Shown: positions 48,716 through 62,639 of the stretch, one piece after another | Position numbering within the stretch: position 1 is the first letter of the stretch | Layout: every line of letters starts with the position of its first letter | NCBI RefSeq assembly: GCF_006345805.1 | Contig: NC_042998.1 | Location: 107,446,001 to 107,510,000 of the forward strand | Origin: Octopus sinensis | Taxonomy: Eukaryota | DNA: 64,000 bases | Direction: 5' to 3' | Translations under genes and position numbers: made by a program | Notes under the pieces: generated by a model | Database searches by the model: none | What the model was told of the DNA's origin: nothing | The model's input: the letters and a program-made list of their open reading frames with translations, nothing else

Positions 48716-50513
48716 TAAGAAAATGGTGTTGACATGGAGAAAGCCTTTGACAGGGTCCCCTGATCCCTTATCTGGTGGTCAATGAGGAAACTAGGGATAG
48801 ATGGATGGTTACTGAGAGCTGTGCAAGCCATGTACAGGGACGCTGTCAGTAAGGTGAGGGTTGGCAACAAATACAGAGAAGAATTCCGGGTGGAGGTAGG
48901 GGTCCATAGCCCCCTCCTATTTATCATAGTCCTCCAGGCAATAACAGAGGAATTCTAGACAGGATGCCCTGGGAGCACCTCTATGCTGATGACCTTGCTC
49001 TAATTGCTAAGTCACTATCAGAACTCGAGAAGTTTCAGGTGTAGAAACAAGGATTAGAATCGAAGGGCCTTTGAGTCAACCTAGCTAAAACCAAAGTCCT
49101 AATAAATAGGAAGGCAGGCAAACCACAAATCCCTTCAGGTAGATGGCCTTGCTCGATCTGTAGAAAAGATGTAGGTAGAAACTCTATAAGATGTACCCAG
49201 TGTAAGCTATGGACACATAAAAGGTGCAGCAATATCAAAGGAAGGCTAACTGGGAAGATAGTATTTGTATGTGGCAGATGCTCGGGAGCAGTAAATAACA
49301 CTAAAGATGTGCAGAGAACAACTTCCGCCACATTCCAGGGAGAAAAACTAGAAGTAGTTGATAGCTTCTGTTACCTAGGTGACCAAGTCAGTAGCGGGGG
49401 AGGGTGCACTGAAAGTGAAGCTGCTAGAATAAGAATAGCCTGGGCAAAGTTCAGAGAGTTCTTACCTTTGCTGGTGACAAAGGGCCTCTCGCTCAGAGTA
49501 AAAGGTAGACTGTACGATGCATGTGTATGAACAGCCATACTACATGGCAGTGAAACATGGGCCGTGACTGCTGAGGGCACGTGTAAGCTCGCAGGGAATG
49601 AAGCCAGTATGCTCCAAAGGATGTGTAATGTCAGTGTGCATACTCGACAGTGTTAGTGCCTTGAGAAAAAAGTTGGACCTAAGAAGCATCAGATGTGGTG
49701 TGCAAGAGAGACGACTACTCTGGTATGGTCATGTGGCGAGAATGGATGTGGATAGCTGTGTGAAAAAGTGCCACACCCTAGCGATTGAGGGAACCTGTGG
49801 AAGAGGTAGACCCAAGAAAACCTGGGATGAGGTGGTGAAGCATGAACATTGGGCCTCACCAAGGCAATTACTAGTGACCGGGACCTTTGGAAATATGCTG
49901 TGCTTGAGAAGACTCAGCAAGCACAAGTGAGACCATAACCTTGTGGCTTATACCAGGGGTGTAATCAGTCCACTTATGCATACCTTTTCTTCATTGGACA
50001 CTAAACTCTGCTTGCAAAGACCTGTTGAGGCAAGTGAAATCAAAATGAAATTCGATGACTGGCATCCGTGCTAGTGGAGCGCTAAGAGCACCATCCGAGT
50101 GTGATCGTTGCCAGAGCAGCTAACTGGCTTCTGTACCAGTGGCACGTAAAAAGTACCATTCGAGCGTGATTCTTACCAGCGTAGCTTTACTGGCACTTGT
50201 GCTGGTGGCATATGGAAAAACATTCAAAACGTTGCCAGTGCCACTGGACTGGCTCCTCTGCAGGTGGCACATGAAAAACACCATTTGAGTGTGGCCTGTT
50301 GAGGCAAGTGAAATTGAAATCGAAATGAAATTTGATGACTGGCATCTGTGCTAGTGGAGCGCTAAGAGTACCATATGAGTGAGATCGTTGTCAGAGCAAC
50401 AAGCTAGCCTCCGTGCCGATGGCACGTAAAAAGCACCATTTGAGCGTGATCATTACCTGTGTAGCCTTACTGGCACTTGTGCTGGTGGCATGTGAAAAAA
50501 CATCCGAGCGATG
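48716..50513 (+). mobile_element. 5'-truncated RTE LINE with tandemly repeated 3' UTR
   Basis: DMEKAFDRVP, LYADDL, FCYLGD and QERRLLWYGHV motifs; ~274-bp duplication at 50021-50513. Confidence 0.9.
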
Positions 50514-51667
50514 TGTATGTATGTATATGTATATAATTTAGATTCAGATGAATATGGCACCTAAGTTGAGGCACCAGAATTTAGTACGGTATTATCCATA
50601 CAATTTCAAACTAAGGTGATTAAAATCAAAATAAGCAACAAGGATATCCAGAGGTAATGCAGTACGATCATTTCATGCAACTCCATTAAACTCAACAATG
50701 CAATCATTTCATTACATCAATTTAAAATGCAGAGCAATCTTCAGCTGCACAAAGACATAGAATTTAATTAACTTAGAACAGGACACATTAGTATAATTTT
50801 ACCTAAAATCTCCAAGAAGTTAAGGAAATAGACAAAGAACACGTGTAGTAAGTAGCTCTGCATAATAGAAAATGTGTCTCTCAGGATACAAAAATGAATG
50901 TTCAGACAAGATGTTGATAAATACCAGTTCGATGTAAGACACACCATAACAGTTATTTCTGTAACAGAGAAGTTGGTGGTCACAATTGCAGAGCCAGTTA
51001 CTACACGTGTAGAAGTTGAGGCTTTGATGCTGTGCTGAGTTACTTTGGTACAGAAAGTTCTCGCAGGTAGACTGGAGCTGTTAACCTTGGTGAGTATTCA
51101 CAACAGTGTGAAGTTGAACTTGTAACAATGTTGGTTGGTATGCATGTAGATATGTTGGTGTTGTCGATAAGCTTAAGGTGACAGTGGTGGAAAACGTCCT
51201 GAGATGCTGCATGTTGGTGTTGGTGTCATCGCAGGAATATGGCCAAGTCGCTGGAACTGGCTGTCTGGTTAGTCCTAAGAAGGACTAGAACCAAAGACGA
51301 AATGTTCTGTCGATCTAGCCTTTTTAAATGGTTTAGTTGGCTCAAACAAGATATCAGAAAAACAGTGTCATGTGGCCTTCTCTGAAGGTTGTGATTGGTT
51401 GGTTTATACATTGGCGTGAAATAAACCAAGAGATAAAACTGCACCAAAACCAACCAATCAGAGTAGCGCACACAACTGGTCCTAAGTAGCCAAAGGATGG
51501 CTGCTATCTGCTACGACATTATTTGTATTATATCTCTCAAACAGTGAGGATATAACCGAGGTACGCTACAAATGCAATAACATTCTGGTTAGCAAACTAA
51601 CAAATACCTACCCTACCAAAATATTGAGGAAATCCTTTCCTATCTCCCACCCTATATTAACAGGAAG

Positions 51668-51816
51668 CAGGGCCAGCCCTAGGGTTGCTGGTGCCCTGGG
51701 CAATCTGAACTTCGGTGTGTACAAGCTGACAGTCATGGAAATTTCTTTGTTTTTGTCACGCCCTCTCTGGCGCACCGGGCAACTGCCCGAGTTTCTGGTA
51801 CATTGAGCCGGCCCTG
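51668..51816. mobile_element. hAT-type MITE
   Basis: TIRs cagggccagcc / gccggccctg; degenerate 8-bp TSD acaggaag / actggagg. Confidence 0.7.
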
Positions 51817-54499
51817 ACTGGAGGACAGTAGAATTTGCATCTACATTATTTTCTTTATTTGCCAAGACAAGCCTTTTAAAGTTTCAAATAACACTTTTAA
51901 AATTCAACATGACAATTTATCCGTTCCTCTTCCAGGTAATACAGGTCTGTCTAGAAGTTGTTGAGGTGCTCCTATATGAGAAACATTGTATTAGTTCACC
52001 CACCAGTTTTACTCTCTCACAGCATAGAAGTGTTTGATATATTGTTATGCAGTTTGTCCATGGTACTGGAAATGTTCTCAGATCTTACTATAATATACTG
52101 GTTCTCAAAATGTAAAATACCTGACCTCCTCCCTATCATATTGTTAGGGAAGTTTTTGACCCCCCTCCCCTTTATTAATGGGGAGATAAAATTGAATGTT
52201 CCTCCACAAAATTCTCAGTTCGCCATGGCGTTCGACAAGTTTTAAAAGTTTAAAATCATCTTAATTTTGCCCACTCCTTTTTCAGTCTTCACCCTTCTCA
52301 CTTATGAGAAACACTGCTATGCCGCATACTGGATGTGAATGGAATTATAATAGAAGATTAAGAAACACACAAATAAGGAAGATTCATTTTATCATGATAA
52401 AGCAGCTGTTTTAGTCAGCAGTGAGGGAGGGGACAATTACAAGTTAAAAGAATCTGTGAAGACACATCTACTAAGACAAACAAGGATTTAGTGCGATCTT
52501 GTAATCTTGTCAGTGACCAGGTCGCAGTTCGCGTGACAAAAATTTTGAGAATAACAATATATGTTTAAGTGAAGTCTCTATGCGTTTTTTAATGGCTAAT
52601 GTATCTTCCACGTCGCAATCGTTTTAGTCCCAACACAGTCTCTGACCAAATCAGTTGCCTTAGTCAGTACACTTCCTGTAATAAAATAATTTTGAAAATT
52701 CAGATATGCGACTTATATATTAAATTACTTTTCAGGGCTATATTGAAATTCTATAACAATCTATAGAAAACATTTCTGTATCGATCAAAAGAAGGTTGAG
52801 AAGCTGCTGGTAGTGTAATATTGAATGTTTACAATGTGCTAATACAGTGTTTCTGAGGGGCCTCCCCCCGACCAGTACGGGCCCATGAATGATGAAAAAG
52901 GAGCTGACAAATTACTATGTTTAATAGAACTGAGATAATGTATAAACTTGTTCTGGCCAAGAAAGAATTGTGTCGACGTAAATTCTGTTAAATTCTAATT
53001 TCATTTATGTGGAAAGTTAGGGAAGGATGTTATTTAAAGAGAAAAACCCTGAAATTTTGAATAACATTTTTTCAAAATCGTAATCACGTCTTTTAAAAAA
53101 TGTTTTTGTGTATCTTAGACTGTATTGTTCAATGTGTCCTTCCTTTGAGATGTGTAGTTTGAGAGAGATTTGACAGTTATTTCTAGCAGGATGAGCGACC
53201 ATACTAAGGCCCGCTTTCTATATCATCTGATGTTTGTAGTTCAGTATTCATCCACGCACTCGTCATTAAAACGGGCTGGTTTAGTAACTTCTAGACCAGG
53301 TATGAGCAGTAACCAGCAACCAGTGGGACTTTCTGAATGGTAATTACCTTGAATTTTTATGAAATTGAAAATTGGAACAAATTTTCGAATAAAAAGTTTT
53401 ACAAAATGAGCTGTGGTGGGGGAGAAATTAAAAATTTGACAAAAACAAGTAAAAGATAAAAAATCGTAACCTTGTAATCTTTTAATCTCTTGTTGAAACT
53501 CATAAAAAAGGGGATGAGGTGAGAATGATTGTTCATCATAAACTTCAGACTGTTACTCCGAGTTTCACATAAACAATCAGCTTCAATAAAAAATTTAGTA
53601 TTTAAGTAGCTATACCTTCAATATTCGAATAAATATTATTTCTGTCATCTTATTTTGTACGTACAAAACACATACACACGACTTCTCTCTCACTCTATGC
53701 GTGTATACCTATATGCATACACAGATATATATATGCACGTGCACATGACTTTTTTTGCTTGTTTGTATGTGTACACACACACACACACATAATTGATTCA
53801 GTCAAATTAAATCGATCCACAATAGTTTGTATTGTATTTAATGTGTATAGTACCTCTGATCTCTATAGCTCAAATAACTATTCATTTACATATACATATA
53901 TACATACACACGTGCACATATGTTTATGATATTATTCTATAACATTACATTATATATATGTAAATCTGTGTAAACATGATCTAATAGTATTTGCTTCGCA
54001 AGCGTTATTAAGAAAATAAAATTGAACACTTTTTAAAGAAAGTAAAGTGAGTTGTTTTGTTAGTTTTTGATAGATTACCGGAGACTGTTTATATGTTATT
54101 GATCTGCTGAAGATATTCATACGAAAGTGAAACTACGAATTTGTAAACGGTGTCTTTCCTCCACAATGAAGCTGATCTACCGAACATTGTCCCAAAACCA
54201 GATTCCATGCTTGGTGGACGTGAGTTTTATTATTTTAAAAATAATTATATAATATATATATATATATTGTTGATGTATGTGAATATAAAACAGATTAAAA
54301 CAGAAAGCAAAACAACGAAGTGAAACGAAACCGGCATTTTATGACATTAATACACTTCGCCTTATGTTGTTCTAGCTAGTTTATAATCATTCTGTAATCA
54401 CCTCTTCCATTACCATCATCATCATTTCTTAGTTGTAATTTTAATGTGAAAGGTGTATAATAGCAATCAAGATTGGTTTAGGGTTTATGGTGGCCCATA

Positions 54500-54850
54500 A
54501 CGTAGATGTTTTTTCGAGATGTTTTTCTTGCCCTTATTTGCCGGAAGTGTGGGGATCTCTTTTATGTATGCACAATTACCTAAAGTAATCTTTCTTTAAT
54601 CCCGGCCCTTTTTGCTGTTTTTGACCATCATTGCACATCATCATTACATTGACTAACTCCCATGAGCATAAAAAAGAAAAGGAAAAGAAAGAAAACCTCT
54701 TACAATACTTAGTAAAATCTTTTCCCCGTCAAGTGAACAACAACTCCTTACAACTCTCCCCTCCAGGTCCATGTTTTCCCTACGAACATCAAATTACGAA
54801 ATGCATCTTGAACATCAATTGTATTAAGGGTCTGGAAAGGCCGTAAGCAC
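54500..54850 (+). promoter_or_regulatory. Probable promoter or 5' exon region of a + strand gene
   Basis: Local CpG retention at 52.4-55.1 kb; ETS-like CCGGAAGT at ~54541; donors GAC|gtgagt (54219) and GCC|gtaagc (54842). Confidence 0.4.
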
Positions 54851-55594
54851 TGTTTGTCTTTCCCTTGATTAAAATATAAATGAAAAAGAGGTCAATATTT
54901 TGGTAGACTACATGGATTGAATGAGATAAGAAGAGTTTTCGTTTTTTTTTTTAATTTACGTATATTTATTTTCTTCCTATGGTTTACATATGTTACCAGC
55001 ATTTTAAAGTGAAATCGATTAACCAAGAACAATTAGTTATTTGTAAAGACAGTAATAAATCTCAATAGACAAATACGTCTTAATATGATGCAACGAGTAT
55101 AAAAGAGAATGAAAATAAAAATTATGTATGTATTTCAAATAAATTTCCTTTTTAATTTGTACGTAGATCTTAGGTGATAGATAGACATCACCATCTGTCA
55201 GTATTTTCTGGATTTTTCCTTTGCGTTTTATATTTCATTCAAGCTTTTATTAAGGTCTAATTTTTAATTAAACAACATGTCCAGTGGGAAAATCGTTTAG
55301 ATGGGCCTTGTGAAGTACATGGCTATTTTACACACACACACACACACGCATTCAGACATGTCCATTTTCCCATGCTAGCATGGTTGTATTATATGTATGT
55401 ATATCTATCTTCATGTGCAAACATGCATGTACGGAGCCACACACACACACACACACATAGAGTATTGGCTCCATTCTTTTACACTTGATTCTAGAAGAGT
55501 TTCATTCTTTTTTTCCTTTTTTTTTACTTTTACAGGTAAATTAGAAGCAGTGTTTTCATTTTTACTCCCTTGCACTGTTTCTTGATTTCTTCCC

Positions 55595-55737
55595 ATGGAT
55601 TCAGCTGAATACACATTTTCCTATGCGTCCCCAAGTTGGGCAGACAGCATCCGAGCCTTCCTCTCTCAGTTCTCAAACATCTTCAGTGTATTTTCACCCC
55701 ATATTGCTCCAACATATCACCATGATCGCTGTGAAAG
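55595..55737 (+). CDS. Candidate first coding exon of an unidentified + strand gene (MDSAEYTFSYASPSWADSIRAFLSQFSNIFSVFSPHIAPTYHHDRCE)
   Basis: Long polypyrimidine acceptor at 55535, ATG in cccATGg context, 47 open codons, then AG|gtaaaa; no later exons found. Confidence 0.45.
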
Positions 55738-55819
55738 GTAAAAAAGCATTTCATCTGTTTTCCTTCTTCCATTAACAAAAAATTATATTGTTAATCATCA
55801 AGCTTTATGTTTTATATTA

Positions 55820-56050
55820 GACATTAGAGTGCTGCTTCCGTTGCTGGATGGTGCTGCTATTATGCACTGACATTTTACACCATATTAAAGAAAAAGACAT
55901 TCAACTGATTGGCAAAAGACCTACTCATCAATATGCAACAAACACTGGCTCAGAGACATACTATTTCCTCACTATTCTTTCCATTACAATATCCTCCTCC
56001 TCTGAACTAGCTTGTTGCATATGTCTGCCACCTAATTCATTTGAACCTCC
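55820..56050 (+). mobile_element. L2/Jockey-like RT C-terminal relic
   Basis: Translation resembles EYC..W..A...LD.IQ..AI.LIG...SSEL; a related inverted relic lies at 56640-57000. Confidence 0.45.
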
Positions 56051-58399
56051 CATCTTACCTTTTCTCATCACTCTTAAAGTGTTTTAAACCTCACAGTAAA
56101 CATTTCATGCAATCTTTTTGTCCCAAGAAACACTCTTGAACGACTCCTTTTACCAATTTTATCATGCAAACATCAGTTTGAATTTCAACTATATCACTTT
56201 CACCAGCCTGCAAAGAATATGTGAGGGCTCACTTTCCTCTTTTGTCATGAGCAAAGAGTAGTGCTGTTTGTCTAATAAACATCAGTTCAACTTGTTAATG
56301 ACAGCAGAGAAATATTGCATTGTCCGATAAGTGTTTATTTATTTATAAAATACATTCTACTGAAGTGAAGGCAGTAACTGACATATGTTAATGTCATTTG
56401 GAGACTATATTTCATCAAGAATTAAATTATTGTAGAAAATGTACACAGGAAAGCTACTAAATGAAATGCAACTTTGAAGAGTAATGATGTGATATATGTC
56501 TATAAGATTGTTGTTGTGTAGCCCTAGATGAGTTCTGATTAACCAGAAATTTGATTAAAAGCATTCATGATAAGATTGTCTAATTTTTTTTAAGGTCTAC
56601 ATTATTCTGGATTCTCTTTAAGACAGTAGGATGTGATTTGCAGATTTGATTCTTAATTTTAACCATATAGGTGTTCCCCTCATTGACTGGTTGTCTATAA
56701 AGAGAAATGTGAACTTAAAATAAAAGTATCTGAAGGTCTGAGAATCCAATATCTTGTTGAGTGAGTATTTGCAATCAACTGGATGGCCTTTTGGATGAGG
56801 TCTACAATGTTTGTGTATATAAGCAGCATCATAGTTTCAGATGTGGGTTTTACTTGAGACAGCATTTGTTCATTGGCAAAATTCTAGTACTGAAGTGGAA
56901 AGCTTGTTTTTAGGAATGCAGTTAATAAGGTTAATAATTCAATGTATTGCATTTCTGGAGGTCCAAAACCCTGAACATGCTTGGCTGAAAATCAGGTAGC
57001 ACTCCTTTGCTACACTTGGAAGTAGGAATTGGATGTGGTTGTTAAAGATTTTGATCCAAAAATAAATGTATAAATCAACAAAAGCCCTAACTATAAGCCA
57101 TGCTGGGATGAATGTAAATTATTAAAAACAAAAGCATTATGCAAGTGTGTCTGTGTGGTAAAAAGCTTGCTTTCCAACCACATGGTTCAGGGTTTAGTCC
57201 ACTGCATGGTACCCCTGGCCAAGTGTCTTCTATTATAATCCTGGGCTGACCAAAGCCTTGTGACTGGATTTGGTAGATGGAAACTGAATGAAAGAAGCCC
57301 ATTGTATATTTTACAACCAAGAGAAGCTGTTTGTTGTACCAAAGTTTTCAAATACACATAGAAGATTATCATATCCTTTTATATTTGTTCTTTGAAGTTT
57401 TGCTTCACACTCATAGTAGATATGATAAGAGTTTGAAAAAAGAAAGCAGTACTTTATTTTGAACATTTGGCTTTCAAATTTTAACCTGCTTATTATTGCT
57501 GATAATCAAAATAATTGTTTTATATTTCAACTCTTTTTAGTTCATTTGTTTTCCTGACTTGTATTATATTTCTAGTTTGAAATGACATTATTTAATTAAC
57601 ATTAAATTGGATAGATTACTTCATGAGATTTGCTCTGTCCCTCTGTGCTACGAGTTCAAATCTCACCAGGATCAACTTTAACTTCCATTCTTTTGGAGTC
57701 AATAAAAAAGTACTAAACCAAAATGGTGGATTAGTGGAACTATTAGAGGATTGGGTGAAATTTCTTGTAGTTTCTTTTCTGGCTCTTTGCATTCCAACAG
57801 CTACACCTGTGACAAAACAGATGCCAGGCTGTCTGTTTTATTAAATAAGCATTGATGGTATGGAAAGGGAAAGCTTGCATCCACAGGTGATGGTCAGTCT
57901 TCCTCAAAAATAAAAGAACTAATTTTTACCCTAGCATGTGCAGATGCACAGGTCAACTTTGACCAAAAAATGTCCTATTTAACATTAAATGTAATGGGAA
58001 AAATCAATATTCTATACTTACTAGCTCATTATCATTTGTCCTTAGCTACTATAAGAACAATTGAGTTTAATGCTACAACCCCTTATCTTACATTACATGA
58101 CTCAGTAAATTGATTTATTAAGTTGACTTAGTTAAAATGTCAAAAACATTTCTAACCTTACTAACAAACCTATGTTTTCAAAGATACTGACAGTTTTATT
58201 AATGATAGAAAATGGCCCATCAAAACAATGGGAGAAACCATTGATGAATTTCAGCAATTTAGTAAATATATATACATACACAGAATTGAAACATTTGAAC
58301 AATCAAATACAGTTGTAATGTCTTGGTTGAAAATATTGTCATCCATATAATAATAATAATAATGAAATTATTGTGTATAGTGCTCAGGTGCACTACAAC

Positions 58400-58820
58400 T
58401 CATCAAAGGTGCATGTACAGTACATAGAATTATGTACAAAAGTCAGGAAAGTGGACAGTGTATGAATCATGATATACATGTGTGTTTGTGTATGGAGGGG
58501 TGATATCAGGTGTAGTGTTGGCAAATTTCAGGAAGCATGGAAGTTTTAAAGGATGCAATGTCTCAGCAACTAACAACTGATGCAGGTAGTTTGTTCCATG
58601 CTTCAGCAACTTTGAATATGAAAAAATGTTTCTGAAAGTCATGGGAGTTGTGCTGTTTTCTGACTTTGTAGGCATGTTTTGTAGTTTCTTTTCTGGCTCT
58701 TTGCATTCCAACAGCTATACCTGTGACAACACAGATGCAAAGCTGTCTTTTTCTTTGAATAAGCATTAATGGTATGGAAAGGGAATGCTTGCACCCATAC
58801 ATGGAGCTGAAAAAGGTGCT
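58400..58820 (-). mobile_element. CR1-like LINE 3' end, with a second ~135-bp fragment at 57770-57900
   Basis: AYKVRKQHNSHDFQKHFFIFKVAEAWNKLPASVVSC is a CR1-type C-terminus. Confidence 0.75.
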
Positions 58821-59063
58821 CAATATGATTGTTGGTGTGATGGTTAATAATTTACTAAGTTGGGTGTTTACTAAGTCAGTTTACTAAGACGTTGGCGCTT
58901 CAATGTATCTATGTCCAGAGAAGCAAGGTGTTCAAAGTATTCACTTGGTTGCATGTTGTGGTTGCGGCCAGTGCCTCTGACTGGCTCCTGTTCCAGTGGT
59001 ACATAAAATGCATTATCTGAACGTGGTCGATGCCAGTGCCCTCTGACTGTCTCCTGTGCTGGT

Positions 59064-59107
<44 letters not shown>

Positions 59108-60679
59108 TCTGCAAAAATGTATGTGTATGAGTATATTTATATATATTTCTGTATGTATTTATACATATATGTGTATAAGTTTCAGAAGATATTAGAATAA
59201 TGGAACAAAAGTCTATTTCCTTCATTTTTAACTACTGTTTCTGGCACACATATTTATGCAATTTTGGTTTTGAAGTATTTAAAAAATTATTTGGAAATTA
59301 TAAAGAGAAGCTAATGGTAGATTTGGACTGTCTGAATTTTAAAACCACGAATTATAAAAAAAAAAAAAAAATCATGTCGGGTGGGGGTTAGAATTTAAAA
59401 GAAAAAAAATTTTTGCATACTCGTATCAATTCCATTATGCAGAAGACAGAATTGACAAAATTTTGTAAAAATTCGTAAAAATAAAAAAGTTATGAAGAGT
59501 TTTAGCATGTGCTTACATCAACTCCAAGGATGGTCATGCACTATAACATTTTGCCCAGAGCTCTCATGTAAATGGACATAGTTTTTTGTATGTAGTGTCT
59601 TCCATACTTTTAAAATCTTTTTATAAAAGTGAAAGGATTTTGTCTATTTATTTCCACTGTCCACTTGCCACGGTGATTAAATTGACTAAGAACACTATAT
59701 GCAATCAATATCCAATACCAAACAATCTTGATTTCCATATTTAAACTGCATTAAACCGTGGCAAGCTTACCTTTTTTTACCTATTCTTAGTTACTTGAAA
59801 GGTTCCCTTCCCTTTCTTCTATTTGTTGAAACCTTTGTTTACCTATCAATGCGTTGTGTCACTTTAAGAATGCTTATTTACTCATCCATTATGATATTTC
59901 GGCTGTTGCCCATTGTTTCAAATATGTCTTAGCATTGTCGTTCTAGCCTTTTTTTAAACAATCACATATGATTTGTCCCAAACAATCAACCTTTAAATAA
60001 GAGTTTTGCTTCTACTAGCTAAAGCTGTACGTATCTTTCAGAAAGCTCCATACCAATTTAACTTTATGCAGCATTCACTGTTAGTTTATGCGCAGGCTAT
60101 GTGGGAAGAGAGAATAAAGGGGCTTTTGTTAGCATATCTCTCCAAACATGTAGCTCCTGTTGCCGTTGAATAAAATAAACTCACAGAGGGGAAGTTTCTA
60201 AGTCTTCCTTCAATTTCCTTACACCATCTATGTGGCTGTTTTTAACAAGAAATTTCTCTTTCATGTAAAACAACTATATTTTGTAGTCATTATCTGTAAT
60301 CTACTCCCCAAACACTTCAGAAGCTCAACTTTGCATTGCTTGCAAACTTATATGTTCTATGATCATTAAAGTGCAACAGTCTCTACAATAACCAGCCTTC
60401 AATTTGATTTTCCGTTCCTAGGTTAATCGGAAACCTAGATTGCCGTGCTACTCATAAACCTCGGTAGTTCAATTATTTGGTGAAAAAAATACCACCAAAG
60501 TACCTTAAACCATCCAAAGGATGGGTGTGTTTGCTAGTATATATATATATATATTTCGCTGAGTAAAAAGTAAGCAATGTTTTGAAACATGAAATTCATC
60601 ATGATATATTTCAATAATGTGGTTGTTGAAAAAAATTGTAATATCACGAATGTTAGCCTCATCCTCTTAACCTTTCAGT

Positions 60680-61650
60680 GACAGCTTCTCAGCTCATCTC
60701 TGAGTGAGCCTTACACCAAAGTACCAACCACTTTCATGTCTGATGTGCTTGACAACATCATGGAAATGTCTGTGTATGTTGACACAGAAAAGGCTTTATC
60801 TTAATTTGAGTAGGATGCTTCTCAACCCCTCTAATTTTCACAGTAGTGGTTTGAATGTCAAAATATACAGGCAAGATGTGAGAATGCATTCTTCATGTAC
60901 TGGGTTTCAGTAAGTAGCGATTCAGTTTAACTATTGAACAAATGCTACTGTATATTCTAGAAATCCAGTATCTGAAAGTATGATCAAATCCAAATCCACT
61001 TAGGATAGTCACCAAGTAGTGAAGGTTGATTCCATTAAATAATTTAACCTGATCTAAACTGACCAAAGTAAGATCTATTCTTAACTCTCTCTACAGTATA
61101 TTGTATGAGGTGCAAGGTTGTGATGAATAGTCTGCTGGGGATCTCAAGAGTTTGTACATCTCTGATTACATGCTTGATAAGTGCCAATCTTTTGGTAAGA
61201 ACCTTTACCAAAATATTTGAATCTGAGTTATGGGCCTAAAATTGTCATGTCCTTGTTTTGGTCCTTCCTCAACACATCCACCACAACTTGATTCATACAA
61301 ATGGGAATGTCTCTGACTTGCTGCCAATATATGTGTTGAACAAGGCTGTCCTGTGGTAATTAAGTTTGTAGGAGTAGACCATCCAATTTTTGTGATTTGT
61401 ATCTTGCACAGCTATTCAACCCAGTCATTATTGTAGCAACTGAAATTGGCTTCTTACAGAACTTTGTCTCTTCTGCTAAAAGTTGCAGATGATCATTGAG
61501 GTAAATATGAGAATCTGCCATCTCTAGTATTTTGCTCCTTGTAAACAGATCAGTAAAATCCTACTGCAAGCCACATGTATTTGCTTGAAATCAGATAATA
61601 TGCACTTACTATAGTCTAAAGACTAAAATGGGTCTTAATTGCTAGGTTGT
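60680..61650 (-). mobile_element. Tx1/L1-clade RT relic
   Basis: Minus strand RPIT...ILVKVLTKRLALI...IPSR...LHLIQY resembles L1/Tx1 RT domains 1-2; heavily decayed. Confidence 0.6.
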
Positions 61651-62639
61651 GTCTTCTCTCAGACAAGATGCTTGTAGTATCTATTCTGGCTATTTGTGTT
61701 CTGAGTTCAATCTTCACTTCTTATCACCAACCTCCACATGGTAGAAAAAGATTTTAGGGATTTGGCTAATGGTGATTGGCCTCCCATGTCAAACAGAGTA
61801 ATGCATTAGCTAGGGCAGCAACTCACTGACATAAATAAACAAGCAGATTTTACACAAAGTGGAGTAAATACTAGGGAAGAAAAGAAAAGAAATGAGAAAA
61901 ATAGATTATTTCTTGTTGTTCAGTTGTTGCTGTTGTGGATTTGTTATTGATGTTGGTGGCAGTGGGGTTTTGTTTTGTTATGTTTATGAGTAGAGAGGAA
62001 GGTTAGTGTCACCACAATTGCAGTAATTTGGCTTTCTGCTTGTTACTATTACCCTCATATTTTGTATGCCTTTAATACGGAACTTGTATGGAAATTTTAA
62101 TAAGTTTTTGAATGTGATTTGAACCTGAATATCTAGTTCAGTTCCCAGAGGATCTGAATTGGAGATTGAATTCTCATGGGAAAAAAGACCAAAATCTACT
62201 ATCTACTACCTATCACCATTAAAATACATCAATTTAAGTTAGGCAGTACATTATGAATTGTCATTTTGGTAGAGTAATGACACATAGACAGAAATTAGGT
62301 TACATTCCTCCAAGACACATGAGTTAATGGAGTGCTTTGTCATTAGAGGAACAAGACCTCTACCGACTTAAACAGTTTCCCTTTTCTGAGCTATCAAATG
62401 GTGCACAAATCAATTTTCTGCTTATTCAGGACGAAGGTTTTGCACTTTGTTTATTTTTGTAACTGTGCTTCTCTGAACAATTTAGCTCATCTTCTACAAT
62501 AACTATCAACCCAAGACTCTTTATATAAAGCTTCATCTACCTTATGTGTTCATTTTTTAACTAATGTGAATGTTCAGTCTAGGTGATGGTGGCTCTTATA
62601 AATGAGCTACAATTTTTGGTGTTACTATCATTTTCATTA

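Noticed and set aside
50780-51518. Possible solo LTR on the minus strand, starting TGT
   Set aside because: No second LTR, clear end or TSD could be identified
59390-60580. Possible DNA transposon or recombinase relic
   Set aside because: Translations are full of stops with no diagnostic motif; ends undefined
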